Shown here: piece by piece, positions 1 through 13,064 of the stretch
Layout: the number at the start of each line of letters is the position of its first letter
How positions within the stretch are numbered: the first letter of the stretch is position 1
NCBI RefSeq assembly: GCF_964355755.1
Contig: NC_092671.1
Location: 18,848,001-18,912,000, forward strand
From: Antedon mediterranea
Lineage: Eukaryota; Animalia; Echinodermata
Length of the DNA: 64,000 nucleotides
Direction of reading: 5' to 3'
Notes under the pieces: generated by a model
Told to the model about the DNA's origin: nothing
Database searches by the model: none
Seen by the model: the letters and a program-made list of their open reading frames with translations, nothing else
Made by a program: the position numbers and the translations under genes

Positions 1-725
1 AAAAAATATATATATTATTCTTAATAATTGGCATATTATATATTATACAATAAAAATACCACAATGTTTTTTATTGACTTTATTAAACATATATATCATT
101 TAGAACAGTTAACGTAAGTAATCATCGATTCGCCATTTCGTTTAAAAGAACGTATCACATTCAATCTGTAATAAAAGAGAATATATTACATAATGTAGGT
201 TGTTATTTACGTCCGAGGAAAAGAAAACCTGTCGATCGAAACAATGACAATCAAAAATGACAAAACAACGACAATCAAAGCGCACACGGCATTCCATACA
301 AATTACCGTTATTTAACTAGCGGCCGCTTTGGTTGGCGGCCGCTTCGACCGTAATCCGGCCTAGTCCTATCATGTAGGCCTAGTCTAGCCCTACTAGATA
401 GAGGCCTAGTAGGCCCTAACTAGTACTAGGCTAGGCCTAGTATAGTAGTCCTGGCCTCCTGACGATTGACAGACGATCAGGGCCAAAGACGATCGGGACC
501 AGATGATACTGATAGGGCTTTTTTTAAAGACGAACGGGTACCAACGCGATTGGTGTACGGTCGGGCCCAACTTTGTGGACGTTCGGACTCAACTGTGTGT
601 GTGGACGTTCGGGCCAATATATAATTAGCAGAGATGGGGTGGACACCGGGGTGTTTCCCCCTCCCTGGAACACCATTAATTTCATAATTTTTTTTCTGCC
701 ACTAAATTAAAATTCGCCGTGGTTA

Positions 726-1468
726 GGATTCCGGCACCGGAACTCAACTGCCCAGCGTTAGGGAATCCGACACGCTATTGCGCATGCCCAGAGCGAGGTA
801 ATCGGCGACTCTATACTTATCAACGGCGATGGATCATTTCATAGCTGCGCCAGAACGAACTAGCCTAGATGCCTACTATTACTAATACAGGATCCACTAA
901 TATAGTAGATACTCCTAGGCTAGGGCTACCAGTTAGACGTGACCAGTGGGCCTATTTATTTTGTTGCTTCATTCATATATAAACTTCATATAATTATGAA
1001 TATGAATTATATAATTACATGACTAGTTTTATGATTTTTCAAGTACAAAATAAAAGATTTCATATAACGCATTATACACTGTACATAACATGCAATCACA
1101 AGTTGATTTGTTGACGGCAGCCACCGCGTGGATATGACAAAACTGTTAGGGAAGTCGGGGTCGCAACGCTAATTACAGCATTACGATTCTTAGATAGATA
1201 CTAATTCTTATTAATATAATAATTATTTTAACGCGTGGCGTAGTCGTATTTTAATTATTAATTCATGTATGGCCTAGGCCAAGTTTCATCCATCGCTCTC
1301 TCGCTCGCGCAACGACTATCTAGCTAGGCTGCAGTAGTAAATCCCTATAACACTCCGACTCTCGGTGGTGTGGTGTGCAAGCTATTGCGCATGCCCAGAG
1401 CTCTGGGCATGCGCAATAGCGTGTCGGATTCCCTAACGGTGTGCAGTTGAGTTCCGGTGCCGGAATCC
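726..1468. mobile_element. Non-autonomous DNA transposon (MITE) with ~70-bp terminal inverted repeats
   Basis: 723-794 is the reverse complement of 1400-1471 (72 bp, 2 mismatches); element GGATTCC...GGAATCC flanked by TA on both sides; no internal ORF. Confidence 0.75.
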
Positions 1469-1749
1469 TAATTATTGACATTATAAAAATAAAGGAAAGA
1501 GGATCGGGTCCACGAAAACGAATTAGATTTATAATTGTTAACCATAAAATAAATTTCCACAAATTTGTGATACAAAATAATGTTAATTGTAATAAACTAT
1601 GTACTTGAGGCCTACTGTAGACCTGTAATGTAAAGAGTACCCATGCATGGTCACGGTGACAGTGAATCTCTTAATTAGGGACACCTGTAGTGTAATATAT
1701 TCAGGGGACACTTTCCCACAATTGTACGTCATTCATTTGACACACTATA

Positions 1750-4700
1750 TAGTCCAGTCAATCTAGTGATATTTAGAGGTAAACCCACCACAAATTGCAA
1801 TAGTAACGAAACATTAATTTTTTCATTCAAAATGTAGTTTATAATGACATATTAAAAGTCACCGAAAATTGAAGCATTGGAACACATTATTTTTTAGGTA
1901 ATCTCAACAACTATATAGTGATCGATTTTATTCCATAAATATTTTGGGGTAGGGGGTAACATTTATGCCCATAGCTTCTGGTTTTATAATCCAATCTCAA
2001 TAATCTTGATATTAATGTGTAGAATATATATTTCTTTCTAATATGCAATTTAAAAAAACAAAATACAACATTTATTTATATAACTAGAGGTCAAAAGGTT
2101 ATTGACCTTTTACAAAAACTTATTTTTTTCCTTAAAAAAATGATTAACTGTAATATTGTGCCATAATTGTATATGCATTTAATCAAAATTGTGTTTTATC
2201 TGTACCTATCGATATATAAAATAGGAAACATGATGTTAACTAGAAGAATTTTAAAAGTAATGATGTACTATTCTTATTGAAATTGATTCTTTATCAAATG
2301 TAAACAATTTTGGGGTAGGGGGTATAGCATTTATGCCTATAATCCATTGTTTTATAATCATATCTAAATAGCTTTAGTACCAATGTGTAGAGTATATATA
2401 TCCTACTAATAATATACATTAAAAAAACAATTAATACAACAGTTATACGTAACTAGAGGTCAAAAGGTCATTGACCTTTTACAAAAACTCAAATTTTCTT
2501 AAAATAGCGTAAAACTAAATTATGTTTATATATATTATATTTATATTTTGGAAGTATTTGGTGCAAATAATGTTTTTCCTGTACCTATTGTATCGTCATG
2601 AAATAGGAAAAATGATGCTAGCTAGAAGAAAATTGAAATTCATTAGCGGTATGTACTATTGTTGATTAATTAATGAGTCTTGATAATTTGATTTACTATA
2701 GATAGATTGTTGATAATTTTAGTATCAACGAATGTACGTAATGACAAGTAATTGATCTTCGCAGGGTTGCGTCTTCTCTCCTCTCCTGTATATTATATAC
2801 ACGGATGACTGTCGGAGCAAACAGGACAATAGTCATCTTTTCAAATTTGCTGACGACACTGTCTTGCTGTCTCTCCTTCAAACTTCACAGGACGGTCATG
2901 GTTCCGCATTAGATGGTTTTATCCAATTTTGTGGAAACTCCTACTTGAAACTCAATGTGACCAAAACCAAGGAGATAATTGTAGATTTTAGGAAGGAGAA
3001 AGGACGCAGCCCTCTGGTATCCCCCACAAATGACGAACCAGCGATATTGTCCATTCCTTTAAATACCTAGGTAGGCCTACTATATTTGAGAACAATCTCA
3101 GCTGGGAATTAAATACAGAGGCAATAGTAAAGAGAGGAAAAGCTGAACCATTTTAATGTCGATAAAGTAATTCTCATGGTTTTTTATAATTCCTTTATTG
3201 AGAACGTTTTAACTTTTTTCCTTTATATGCTGGTTTTTTGGTCTTAGGGTCAAAGAAAGAAACTCACTACAAAGAATTGTTAACTTAAGTTCTAAATTAA
3301 TAGGTTGTCAACTTCGTAGCTTATCTTCCTTCTGTGACATGCAAACTCTAGAAAAAAGTATAGCTATTCTAAAAAATGTTAACCATGCCTTGTTCAGTGA
3401 TTTCGAGCTCATGCCTCATGGGCGTCGCTTTCAATGCCCGGCATGTAGAACAAACTGGAAAAGAAATTCGTTTTTGCCAGTTGCCATTCGACTCTTAAAT
3501 TCTTGAACTTTGACTCTTGTTATATTGTACTGTATATTGTGATATTTTTGTATATTTTGTAAGATCATTTTAATCCAGACCTTTTTATTTGAATTGCTCC
3601 GTGTGGGATGATATTGTTTAATCCTTCAAATAGAAAAGGACTCACAAATATGTCATCAGTATCACTTTCTTGTTCGGGTATTAGTACAGTGCAATGCCAT
3701 TGAATTCACCACATGTAGTTCTAGTTACCCCTGAATGCTTCAAGGAGATACTCAGGTTCTGGCTTTAAGTCGGTGTGTAGAGGAACCATGTTTCCATCAT
3801 TGATCTTCCATCCCCAATCCTCGGTACACATAATCAACCCCACTCCATTGCTAAAAGATAACTTGAACTTGAACATGTTGTTAAGTACCTTGGTTGTGGT
3901 ACGATTATGAAGTTGGCGATATGCGAGGTTGTACTTGTAGATGGGATGGAGTCAAAGGCATTCCACGTTGTCCAGGTAGTCCATTGTACAGATGCACTAA
4001 ACCATTTTCTCTAGCAACCACAATGTCATCCTTTTTAGCTTGTTTGCATCTGAAGACTACAGCATAATGTCAGAAATAAGTGCAATGACAAGCTTTTTTT
4101 TTAGAGCCACTTGTTTTCCAATTCCGAAAACTCTGGATGTTGTGTCACCAGTATCGCATGAGCAAACAGAAGGTTATCACAGATGTCTCTCAAATGTACT
4201 GTTTGAACCAGTTTGATAGTCCAGCATCTCAGCTCCAGTCTAAAGAATATCACAAGATGTTTTAAATGCTTGACTGCAGAGGAGCACTAGTAGATCCGTG
4301 TCATCGGATAATGACAGATGTTTTCCTGTTTGCTGATTCAATGGTTTTTTTGTACTATCCGAAAGAACATCTGCATCAGCAGCTGCATTCACTCATTGCC
4401 ATGTTGTTCAAATACTAGTTACGAAGATTTATAAATTGTTGTTTGTTACAGAAAGTGATCCTATTTTGTGGTAAAATGTACAGGGACACTACCACCTGAC
4501 CCGCCTTACCATGTGCGCCGTCTTTGGTGGATGAGCCGCTTTCATAATTATCAAAGACTATGCAGAGCAATATTTTTTACAGATCTCTACACTATTCCAT
4601 GGAATGCTGTACAGTAGAGCACTACCATCTAAATTGTAGGCCTACTGGACATTATTCAGTGAGTTGGATGTATTAGACTATTCAGAAGAAGTTGTTTCCA

Positions 4701-5825
4701 CGTGGCATCATGTTGGTTTATTAGCCGAAAGTATTGTAAGTTGGTAGTTTCAAAAAGTGCTGGTGGATAACAAAGTCACCTCGAGTCACCTCTGGAACTG
4801 TAGGATTGCACACATATGACTTTATTGCCAGGATCTTGAATACATTGCAAGACTTTCTGGCCAAAATATTCAATGCTTAATACCACATTGTTAATATTCC
4901 AAGTCACCTGCAGTAACTCCCGTGTCAATGGTATGAAGTCTCTGAGTCGTAACCAAATGGATTTTTCAATTGCCATTGTGTTCCTGACGTGTGGCCATAA
5001 GGTCTTATGTTGGCCGCTGCTGGAGTAACGCCCTGATACTATAATACAAGACATTACATACATTTCAGCGCAGAATTGGTCTGGATGTAGGCATTCCTAT
5101 ATTCTCTTGTCAAACCTTTGGTTTTCTTTGAGGCTTCTCATAGAAACTTTTTCAATCACCAGGTCTGTTGACAATCCAGCCCAGATGGTCCGAACGTCAT
5201 ACAACATGGAGGTCATTGTCAAACTGCTGTTGAACATCTTTGTATTTCTACTGGTTAAAAAATCGTTAAAATACTTATACATCCCAATATAAATACTATA
5301 ACCATGGCAACACAAATGCCATCTGGAAAAAATGGAATGTAGATCATCCAGAAGCAACAGGAACGGATATGTCACTCATCTGCATCTTGAACTGGTCATG
5401 TGTATCGCGTTCGACTGAAATGTTCACCCCAGGGTATCCCTGTGTGTATACCATTGTTGTTTACAGCGAAAACAACATTTTTAGCCAAAATTGACACATT
5501 ATGTTGTGTTTTTCCGCAAAAATGACATTCTAAATAAAATGTTATGACTATAAGTTTGATATCACTGAATAGGAAATTTAATAAGCTTTCGGATGACATA
5601 AATTCCACTTGTATATAATGTATTTTAAATGGTTAAATATATGTAAATAATGGGGCATATTAATTTTGACTTAAAATGACCTTTATTGACCTCTGACCCT
5701 TGACCCAATGCTTGGATTTTCGGTGACTTTTAGTATGTCGTTCTACACATTATATAGAATTCAAAAATACTAGCTTTGTTACTATTGCAATTTGTGGTGG
5801 GTATATCATTAGATTGACTGGACTA
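1750..5825 (-). mobile_element. Academ DNA transposon, decayed, with TIRs and TATA target-site duplication
   Basis: Termini TAGTCCAGTCAATCTAGTGATAT (1750) / ATATCATTAGATTGACTGGACTA (5825), further imperfect inverted homology inward; TATA at 1746-1749 and 5826-5829; minus-strand remnants WAGLSTDLVIEKVSMRSLK (ORF 5097-5375) and PEDWGW (~3810) typical of Academ transposase; ~370-bp internal direct duplication (~1940-2290 / ~2308-2660). Confidence 0.8.
2760..3510 (+). mobile_element. 5'-truncated Rex1/Babar-like LINE fragment nested in the Academ element
   Basis: KFADDTVLLSLL...LKLNVTKTKEIIVDFRK (RT domains 5-7), followed by frameshifted C-terminal region ending ...NSFLPVAIRLLN. Confidence 0.7.
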
Positions 5826-7256
5826 TATAATGTATATTTTATTTTAAAGGAGTGCAGGCAAAAAATTTCTGTTGATCATACATTCCAATACAGTAATTAT
5901 TCATAATCATAATTTTTTTAATTTAATTTGTGTAACACGAGCTTGTTGAAAATAAGCACTTTCTTATCAGTGTGGGGATAGTTCAAATTACACAGTAAAA
6001 TATCTAATCTTCTGTACACAAATTTTGTAAATAGAGAGGCATTTTAAAAAGCTATGAAAAATAAACGGTGTGGTAAAGATGTATCAGATGACTAAATAGG
6101 TATATTAATAATTTGAATTTTACATTTCTGGTGTTTTTATTCAACTTCAGATTTTTATTTTCATGCTATAGCAAAAATTATCCACCAAATTAAACACACA
6201 TCATTATTGAGTCACTTTAAGTCATTACTCAAAACTCACCGTTTCTGATTTTTTCTACAGCGCCATGAGCAATGAATGTTGGAATGGCGCTATATAAATC
6301 GAACGAAGTACTGAAAAAAAGTTTTCCTGGTTTTTATGGCAGAATTTTTCCAAATTTTGGATTTGACCATATTAAGCGAAATTAATGTTTTTTCGTCTCT
6401 TGATTTCTGTTACAAATATTTGATTTATGTACAATTAACCAGATATTATATTTAAAATTCATGCCTGTACATGAGCTTGAAGGGGATTCCCGGTCAGCAA
6501 AAATAGGCTTTTTTGCTGAAAAAAAATGTTTAATTGCTTTAAAAAAAACTGTATGATAATTTCACTGAATTATTTAATGACAAAATTAATGGAAAAATCA
6601 TACGTCATTATTGCATTGTCTATTTCACACACTATTAATGGGTGTTTTTTTATATATAAAATGGAAATCCGTGGTAAAAAAAACGTCTCGTGGAAATATC
6701 TGCCAAAATGTTCACTTGCCTTAAACAAACTATATCATGATTTTATTGTTTACTGCATTATTTAATAAAAAATATAAAGGAAATGTTGTCTATTTGACAC
6801 TATAAAGGCACTTTGTTGTATTCTCTACAAAAAGCAAAAACATGTAATACGAATTGTACGCGTGATTCGACCCCATGGCCCTGCAGGCTTTTTGCTGAAA
6901 ACATCGATTTTCAAACAATCTTATACCAATAAAATGTACCTGCATTTTTATTGAATCTAATAATAATAGAAATAATATTTATGTAATCCGGTAAGATAAT
7001 TAAGTTATAAGGATAAAAATTAAGTAAATGTAGAAAATGTTAACAACTCAAGTTTTTTGTATTTAAAAAAATAAAAGTATCACATAATATTTTTGTGGTA
7101 GGACCTAGGGTTTTTAGTACTGTATTTTCTTTGAGTTTAACACTATTCCTTATTCAATAATAAGCACTCGTATAGTGTAGGCCTACAAAAACCTAATTCA
7201 AGTAACACGACATGCCTAAGGACAAAGTTAATTTTAAAATACATTTATTTTTATAG

Positions 7257-7409
7257 TAAAGAAAGCGTACCACAGATGTTCTTTAAAGGTACACCCTGAC
7301 AGGGTCAGTGAAAGTGATAAAAATGATGCTACCAAGAAGTTTCAAACACTTGGAAAACTTTATTCTGTGTTGTCCGATAAAGAGAAGCGTTCCATCTATG
7401 ATGAAACTG
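7257..7409 (+). CDS. DNAJC9: DNAJC9 coding exon (J-domain with HPD)
   Basis: ttttatag acceptor, GT donor at 7410; encodes [16 protein letters not shown]...YDETG. Confidence 0.92.
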
Positions 7410-10400
7410 GTAAATTGACCATTTATCTTTTTCTTTTAAATTTATTTTATGAAATAAACTGTAAGTACCGTAAATAACCGGAGGGATTTTTGTCTAGCAA
7501 AATGTTATATATTACCACCTTATGGCTGTATCAAATGGTGTACAAAAAACTACTACTACTGGGGCCGGATTTATCAAACTTTCATTTAGCAAAAAAAATC
7601 GTCTTAACTTTGCCTGAAATCTTTTATTTTGCTTTAATAGTCAGATTTATTAATAATACTAAGCAAAAATATTTGTTTAATTATATCTTCTAAGGCGAAC
7701 AACACCCTGCCTTAAGATGAAAAATGTTGGGTTATCTCATTTCTGCAACAGAAAACCTCTTGTTTGACAACGCGAGCACGCTAGGAGACTATGCTAGTGC
7801 GTTTTCCGCGGTACCACAGAGGCTAAAATAATGATCAATCTTCAGTAAGATGGCCTAAAAATTGGACGAACAAAATTTATGTTTTCGGGATACTATAGGT
7901 ACGACACATTTGACTAACTTTTATTAGAAAACTGTATCAGGTGCCATGGGTTGCTGTCATTGATAAACATATGTTGATTTGATTTAAGTTTAGAGTAATA
8001 AAAGCATACAGTAGTTACCAGAATGCGCCCTCTCTTGTTGGGAGTGAAAAATAAGGAGATAAAATGTTATAGCGAAAAAAGCTAATGCGCATGCGTAATC
8101 AAGAATTTTTCATCTTAAGACACAATTTGCTGCTCTTTAGAGTAAAATTTCTCTAATAAGACAGTTTGATAAATAATCTTAAGTTATTTGCTTCAGCACT
8201 TCTTAAATATTTCAGCATCAGCAAATTTTGATAAATGCCAACCCTGTACTACAAATTCAGATTAATCAGCAAAATTTTGTAAAAACAATTTATTTAAATT
8301 CCTAGTATACAGTACGTATAAAAGTACTGGATTGTTAACTGTATACTGTAGACAGAAAGAAAGTGATTTCAACCAGAGGGGACTCAAAATGACCGCCATT
8401 GTTAAAATATTATTTAGTATATAAAAATAATCTAAAATACAGTATATGAGAACACATCACAATTTTCTTTTAAAGCACAGTGAACTTTTTATTAAAAAAA
8501 TGCATGCAACCCAATGAAATGAATAAGTTCTTGGTAAAATATCTATTAGTAGTCTTGCGTACGAGCATCATTTAGAATACATTATCATTTTAACATGCTC
8601 TGCACACATACCTGTACACCCTACTGCGTAAATCTAGCATATCGAATGGTTGATTATGACTACATTTTGACTGCCCAGTATGTGTGTCAACATTATACTA
8701 TGCATAGCCCTCGAAATTGGGACAAAATGACCTCGGCAAAAAAATGCCGACGTAAATGAAGCCCACCTCGGCAACATGTCGGCTTTTTTTTTTTTTCAGC
8801 CCCCAAAGCTATTTTTAGTATTCAATCAAACACACACTAAAAATAGCTGGGTTGATAATGTACAGCGCATTTGCAGCGCGGCTTGCTCTCATAATAACCA
8901 CACAAACAAAAGAACCCTTGTGGCCAATCACAAAAGGATCTGCTGATCATCCAATGACGATTACGCGGCTGTAATAATAATAGAACTAAAAACCATGACA
9001 ACCATGTATTTCACACGACGGTGAAACAGGGTGTAAAAAGAGACGAACAACGGTTTGATTTACTTCTTTTTATATTTTTAATCATTGTCAAATGAAAACA
9101 AGGTACACTGTTTTATTAATTGTGTACACGCACCGCTTGCTAAAGTCACGTGATATCAATCCCCAATACAAGTTGAACTCTTCCATTCTCTCAGCAGGAC
9201 ACCATAATACTAAGAAATAAACTGACAATACAACTATAATGTTTTAAATATTTATTGACTGTTCAACTTTAAACGCTTTATATGTTCATATAAAAATTGA
9301 TATAAGTAATCAACAATTGTAGTATGACTTCTTAAGAAATAAAATGATCACAGCTAAAAACCGGAATCTATCAAGTAACAATAAGTCATGTGATTTGTCA
9401 TGCCTCACACTAAACTCACATCACACGACGATAGATCTCAGTGTGGTTCGTTGTTGTTGTAAACGCCGGAGCGGTCGCTGGCCTCATCTCTCTCTCCGGC
9501 CCTAGTATCTTGTGTGTAAAATAAAACCAGTGTAGGCCTAGGCCTAATAATAACTCCAACGTACAAATATTTTAAGATATATTTAATTCACTTGTAACGA
9601 AGGTAAATTTGAAAAAACTGTAATAGGCATAAAACTATTTATTTGCTGTGTATGTGGTAGCCTTGATTTTACTCCAACAAGGCCTAAATCAATAAAAAGA
9701 GCCTCGGTACAGTAAATCAATGCCGTGGTAAGCTAGCAGGACCTCGGCATTTACCTCGGCATTCGATGCCGAGGTAAATTTCGCGGGCTGTATGCATGAT
9801 GCACCATAGCAGAGTATCCATGTGTGGTGGCAGAGAGTATTTTTAATGTATGAGAGTTCAAGGTCAACGGAATAGTGACCTGTTGGTAATTTGCAGGCCG
9901 GTAATTTGCTATGAGAGGCAGATTAAATTTGCATCCAGGTGTTGTGGATGATCCGGGTCGTGGAGGTAACCCGAAACTGATACCGCTTGTAATATCTTTT
10001 GGGTGCCTGATGTACAGCGATGAGGGGAGGGACTCACAAATCTACCATTTAGCGTCTAGCCCTTGTTTCTTCACGCGCACACTCTTTTACTGCATCTTGA
10101 ATAGGTGGCAGCCTAGTCTTGTGCGTGGCTAGTCTCAAAGTACTGCGGAGGCAGCACTTGTATTGCAGGCAACATGGGGGAGGAATGTTATGCAAGGATA
10201 CCGAAGGCCCAGCTTCCTTTGGCAGAGCTTGTACCACTGCCGTGATTGCCTCCAGCAGTATGCATAAAGGATGATGATCCCATTTTATTGTCGAACACTG
10301 GCCCTTGCATTGCACGCATTCTGATTTTGACATGGTGAGTCACACCAAATCCATCCATTATGGTTCAAGCAATGCCTTCTCTCTTGAGAGCATGGGCTAT

Positions 10401-12567
10401 TGTAAGCTAGTCACAAAATAGATTACCCATTTTCAATGTCGGTGACAGACAAAATACAGTATGTGCCTAAAAATAATAACCGACAAAACTTCAAATAGCT
10501 TTCTTTGAATAATAATAATAATTATTTATATCTTTGTAATATTTTAACGATAAAATTAGATCTATGGTGTCACATACTTTTATTTTCATACGCATCCAAC
10601 AGTCAGCAACTCGCCAATTACAAGATTATTATTATATTAACTTGTTGTATTAATCTGTTTTGTGTATTTATTAACAGGAAAGGTCTTCGATGATCTTGAT
10701 ACTGACCAAGAAATGGACTGGAATGACTATTGGCGATTACTCTTTCAAAAGATTACGGTTAAAGACATTGAAAAATTTGAAGAAACATATCGAGGTATAT
10801 CAGTGTAGTTGTACTTGAACAATTGCATGATACATTATTTCATATAATAATATTGCACATTGTCATTTGTGTTTTTACGATTATGATTAATTATTTAAAT
10901 AATCAAAAATGATGAGACAATACAAGTTCATGAAATAGAGTTTAAATGTTTTTATTCATAGTCAGTAGGTCTACAACGTACAGTATGAAATTTGTATGCA
11001 TTTGGCGTATTTGATTTGTGCTTAACCAAAATACCTTGTATATGGACAAAATAATCAATTCAAACAATCATTTGATTAGCATAGTAGGTCTTGTTTGATT
11101 TTCCAACTTTTTTCTGTAGTAATGTATTGTCAGTCTTGTAAGTTTCAAACATTATATTTCAAAAGAATCACCAGAAGAACTGGAGGAGCTGAAGAAGGCA
11201 TACATAGAATTTAGTGGAGATATGGAAGAAATTCTTAAAAACGTAATGTGCTGTACATACGATGATGAACCACGTTTTCGAAAAACATTACAGGAATTAA
11301 TAGATAACGACGAATTACCCGAATATGAAATGTTCACAAAAGAGGACAAGAAAAAATCCAAGAAAAGGAAGAAAAAGGTAGTGTTATTGACTTTGTTTAC
11401 CTTCTATTATGTTTATCATTTTTTGAGGTGCTGCATAGGCAAAGTACTATTTTGATACAGTGTATTACCGTACTGACGCGGGTATAAGCCCACCCCCCTT
11501 GAACATGAAATCACGTCAAGTTTGGGGGGTGGGCTTATACCCGAGGATCCAAAAATGCAGATCGTCAAAAACAGCACATGTACACTGTGTATTCCACCAT
11601 GCGAGCGAGCGCCCTCACGTGTACGACGTTGCCTCTAAAATACACGAGGTGTAGAGTGTCGGAAAATTAAGCTTATAGTTCGTGTAATTTATCATAGAAT
11701 ATATCTTATTTTAAACATCAATTGAACAAGAATTTATCAAGCAGAAAAGCAAGTATACAATGTTCGTTAAATAGAAATGTACCAAAGAAATTTAATAAGC
11801 TTGTTTATGGCAGCCGATACCAAATAGTGGTTTTCCGTTTTGGTGACTTGTAGCGTCGTGTGTAAAGCGATCTTCGACCGCGATGGAGTGTAAACAAAAC
11901 AGGACCGCTAGGCCTCATATGGCCTAGCGTATATTAGCCTAGCTTGGTTATGATCAAAGGTAGGTGTATTCGGTGTATGGACGTCGCCAAATACAAAATA
12001 ATGTATTACGACACACACTGTAGATCTTCGAATTAATGGGTGGGCTTATACCCGAGTGCCTCATTTTTCATGAAAATTAGTCAAAAGTCAGGGGTGGGCT
12101 TATACCCGAGTATGGGCTTATACCCGCGTCAGTACGGTATATCGACTTGTACTGTAATGCTACAATTCTTATCAATGAAATAGATATAAAATACCATAAA
12201 TTGTAACAATTTTTAAGCTAATGATGCCTGAGAAAAGTGATAATGGTTCATTTAAAACCATTAGAAATAATGTAAATAATGAATCATAGTTAAAGGGTTT
12301 TTTTCTTTAGTTGGTAAGATTTGTTTACAAAAAAGTGTATTATCCTATGAAGAAATATTGTGTTTGAAATAGGCTATAGCTGAGGAAAAAGAAGCAGAAT
12401 CAATGAAAAAAGAGCTTAATCTTGGTGATGCAGATGATTCCTTGATGGCTATGATTCAAAAGAAACAGGCTTCCAGGCAACAAGGAGCTGATGATTTCTT
12501 TGCACAATTGGAAGCAAAGTATGCAAAACCAAAGAGTAAAAGTGGTGGAAAGAAAAAGAAAAAATGA
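7257..12567 (+). CDS. DNAJC9: DnaJ homolog subfamily C member 9 (J-domain histone H3-H4 co-chaperone); exons 7257-7409, 10678-10794, 11166-11377, 12373-12567; 5' exon missing
   Basis: Four GT-AG bounded exons join in frame: [16 protein letters not shown]...[28 protein letters not shown] / KVFDD...[26 protein letters not shown] / [27 protein letters not shown]...DEPRF... / AIAEEKEAE...[12 protein letters not shown]...[11 protein letters not shown]...GGKKKKK*; HPD motif and C-terminal histone-binding helix match DNAJC9. Confidence 0.93.
7561..8244. mobile_element. Harbinger-like MITE in DNAJC9 intron
   Basis: Imperfect TIRs GGGGCCGGATTTATCAAA / TTTGATAAATGCCAACCC; non-coding interior. Confidence 0.4.
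8705..9790. mobile_element. hAT-like non-autonomous element in DNAJC9 intron
   Basis: TIRs TAGCCCTCGAAATT / AATTTCGCGGGCTG, repeated subterminal ACCTCGGCA motifs at both ends, TATGCA duplicated on both flanks. Confidence 0.6.
10678..10794 (+). CDS. DNAJC9: DNAJC9 coding exon
   Basis: ttaacag acceptor, GT donor at 10795; encodes [26 protein letters not shown]; phase-compatible with neighbours. Confidence 0.92.
11166..11377 (+). CDS. DNAJC9: DNAJC9 coding exon
   Basis: AG at 11164-11165, GT at 11378; encodes [23 protein letters not shown]...KKRKKK (overlaps ORF 11222-11455). Confidence 0.9.
11468..12137. mobile_element. pogo/Tigger-type MITE in last DNAJC9 intron
   Basis: Perfect 25-bp TIR CCGTACTGACGCGGGTATAAGCCCA, TA duplications (11466-7, 12138-9), internal repeats of GGGTGGGCTTATACCCGAG. 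Confidence 0.88.
12373..12567 (+). CDS. DNAJC9: DNAJC9 terminal coding exon
   Basis: atag acceptor; encodes [18 protein letters not shown]...[26 protein letters not shown] at 12565-12567. Confidence 0.92.
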   Translation, partial: AIAEEKEAESMKKELNLGDADDSLMAMIQKKQASRQQGADDFFAQLEAKYAKPKSKSGGKKKKK

Positions 12568-12595
12568 AGTGTTTAAGTGTCAATTAGTACTAATT

Positions 12596-12601
12596 AATAA
12601 A
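12596..12601 (+). promoter_or_regulatory. Candidate polyadenylation signal of DNAJC9
   Basis: AATAAA 28 nt after the stop codon; AT-rich context makes chance occurrence possible. Confidence 0.4.
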
Positions 12602-12950
12602 TAAATAATGAACAAAATAGATCAAACTTTTTTTAATTTGAACCGAACACACATTTTACCTGTTACCCTTTATTTTAATTATAATGCAGCTTTCTCCTTG
12701 ACTTGGAATGTACTGTAGCTGAAAAGTTTTCAACTGAAAGCAAAATAGTAATACTGTACAGTATTTGTATTTTTACTTTTATAAGGGAGGTTAAAGGGGG
12801 TTGGAGTACATAAGATATGCAATTGTCCTGATTTTGGCAGTATTTTCCCACCTTTTCCCATTGTTCAACCCTAAATTATTCTGCTTTTTCAAATATTATA
12901 TCATTTAAGAAATATCAGAACTAAAGTAAACTTCAGTCCTGTTTTTATAT

Positions 12951-13064
12951 TTTTAGTCGCATGCAGCGCGACTCTACAGCTCACTATGACGGTCGATTGG
13001 TTGGTCGGTTTGTCTGTAAACATTAACTTGAGCACGCGACTGCAGCCATTTATATGGCCTTGTT
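12951..13064 (+). mobile_element. Helentron-associated non-autonomous element (HINE, DINE-1-like)
   Basis: TTTTAGTCGC start, nearby inverted GCGCGACT, GGTY microsatellite, 3' GCACGCGACT sub-TIR, terminal hairpin GCCATTTATATGGC + CTTGTT. Confidence 0.7.

Noticed and set aside
9830-10370. GC-richer intronic segment with Cys/His-rich ORF 10049-10333 (possible DIRS gag-like remnant)
   Set aside because: Only a vague C..C...H..C pattern; no diagnostic motif or termini.
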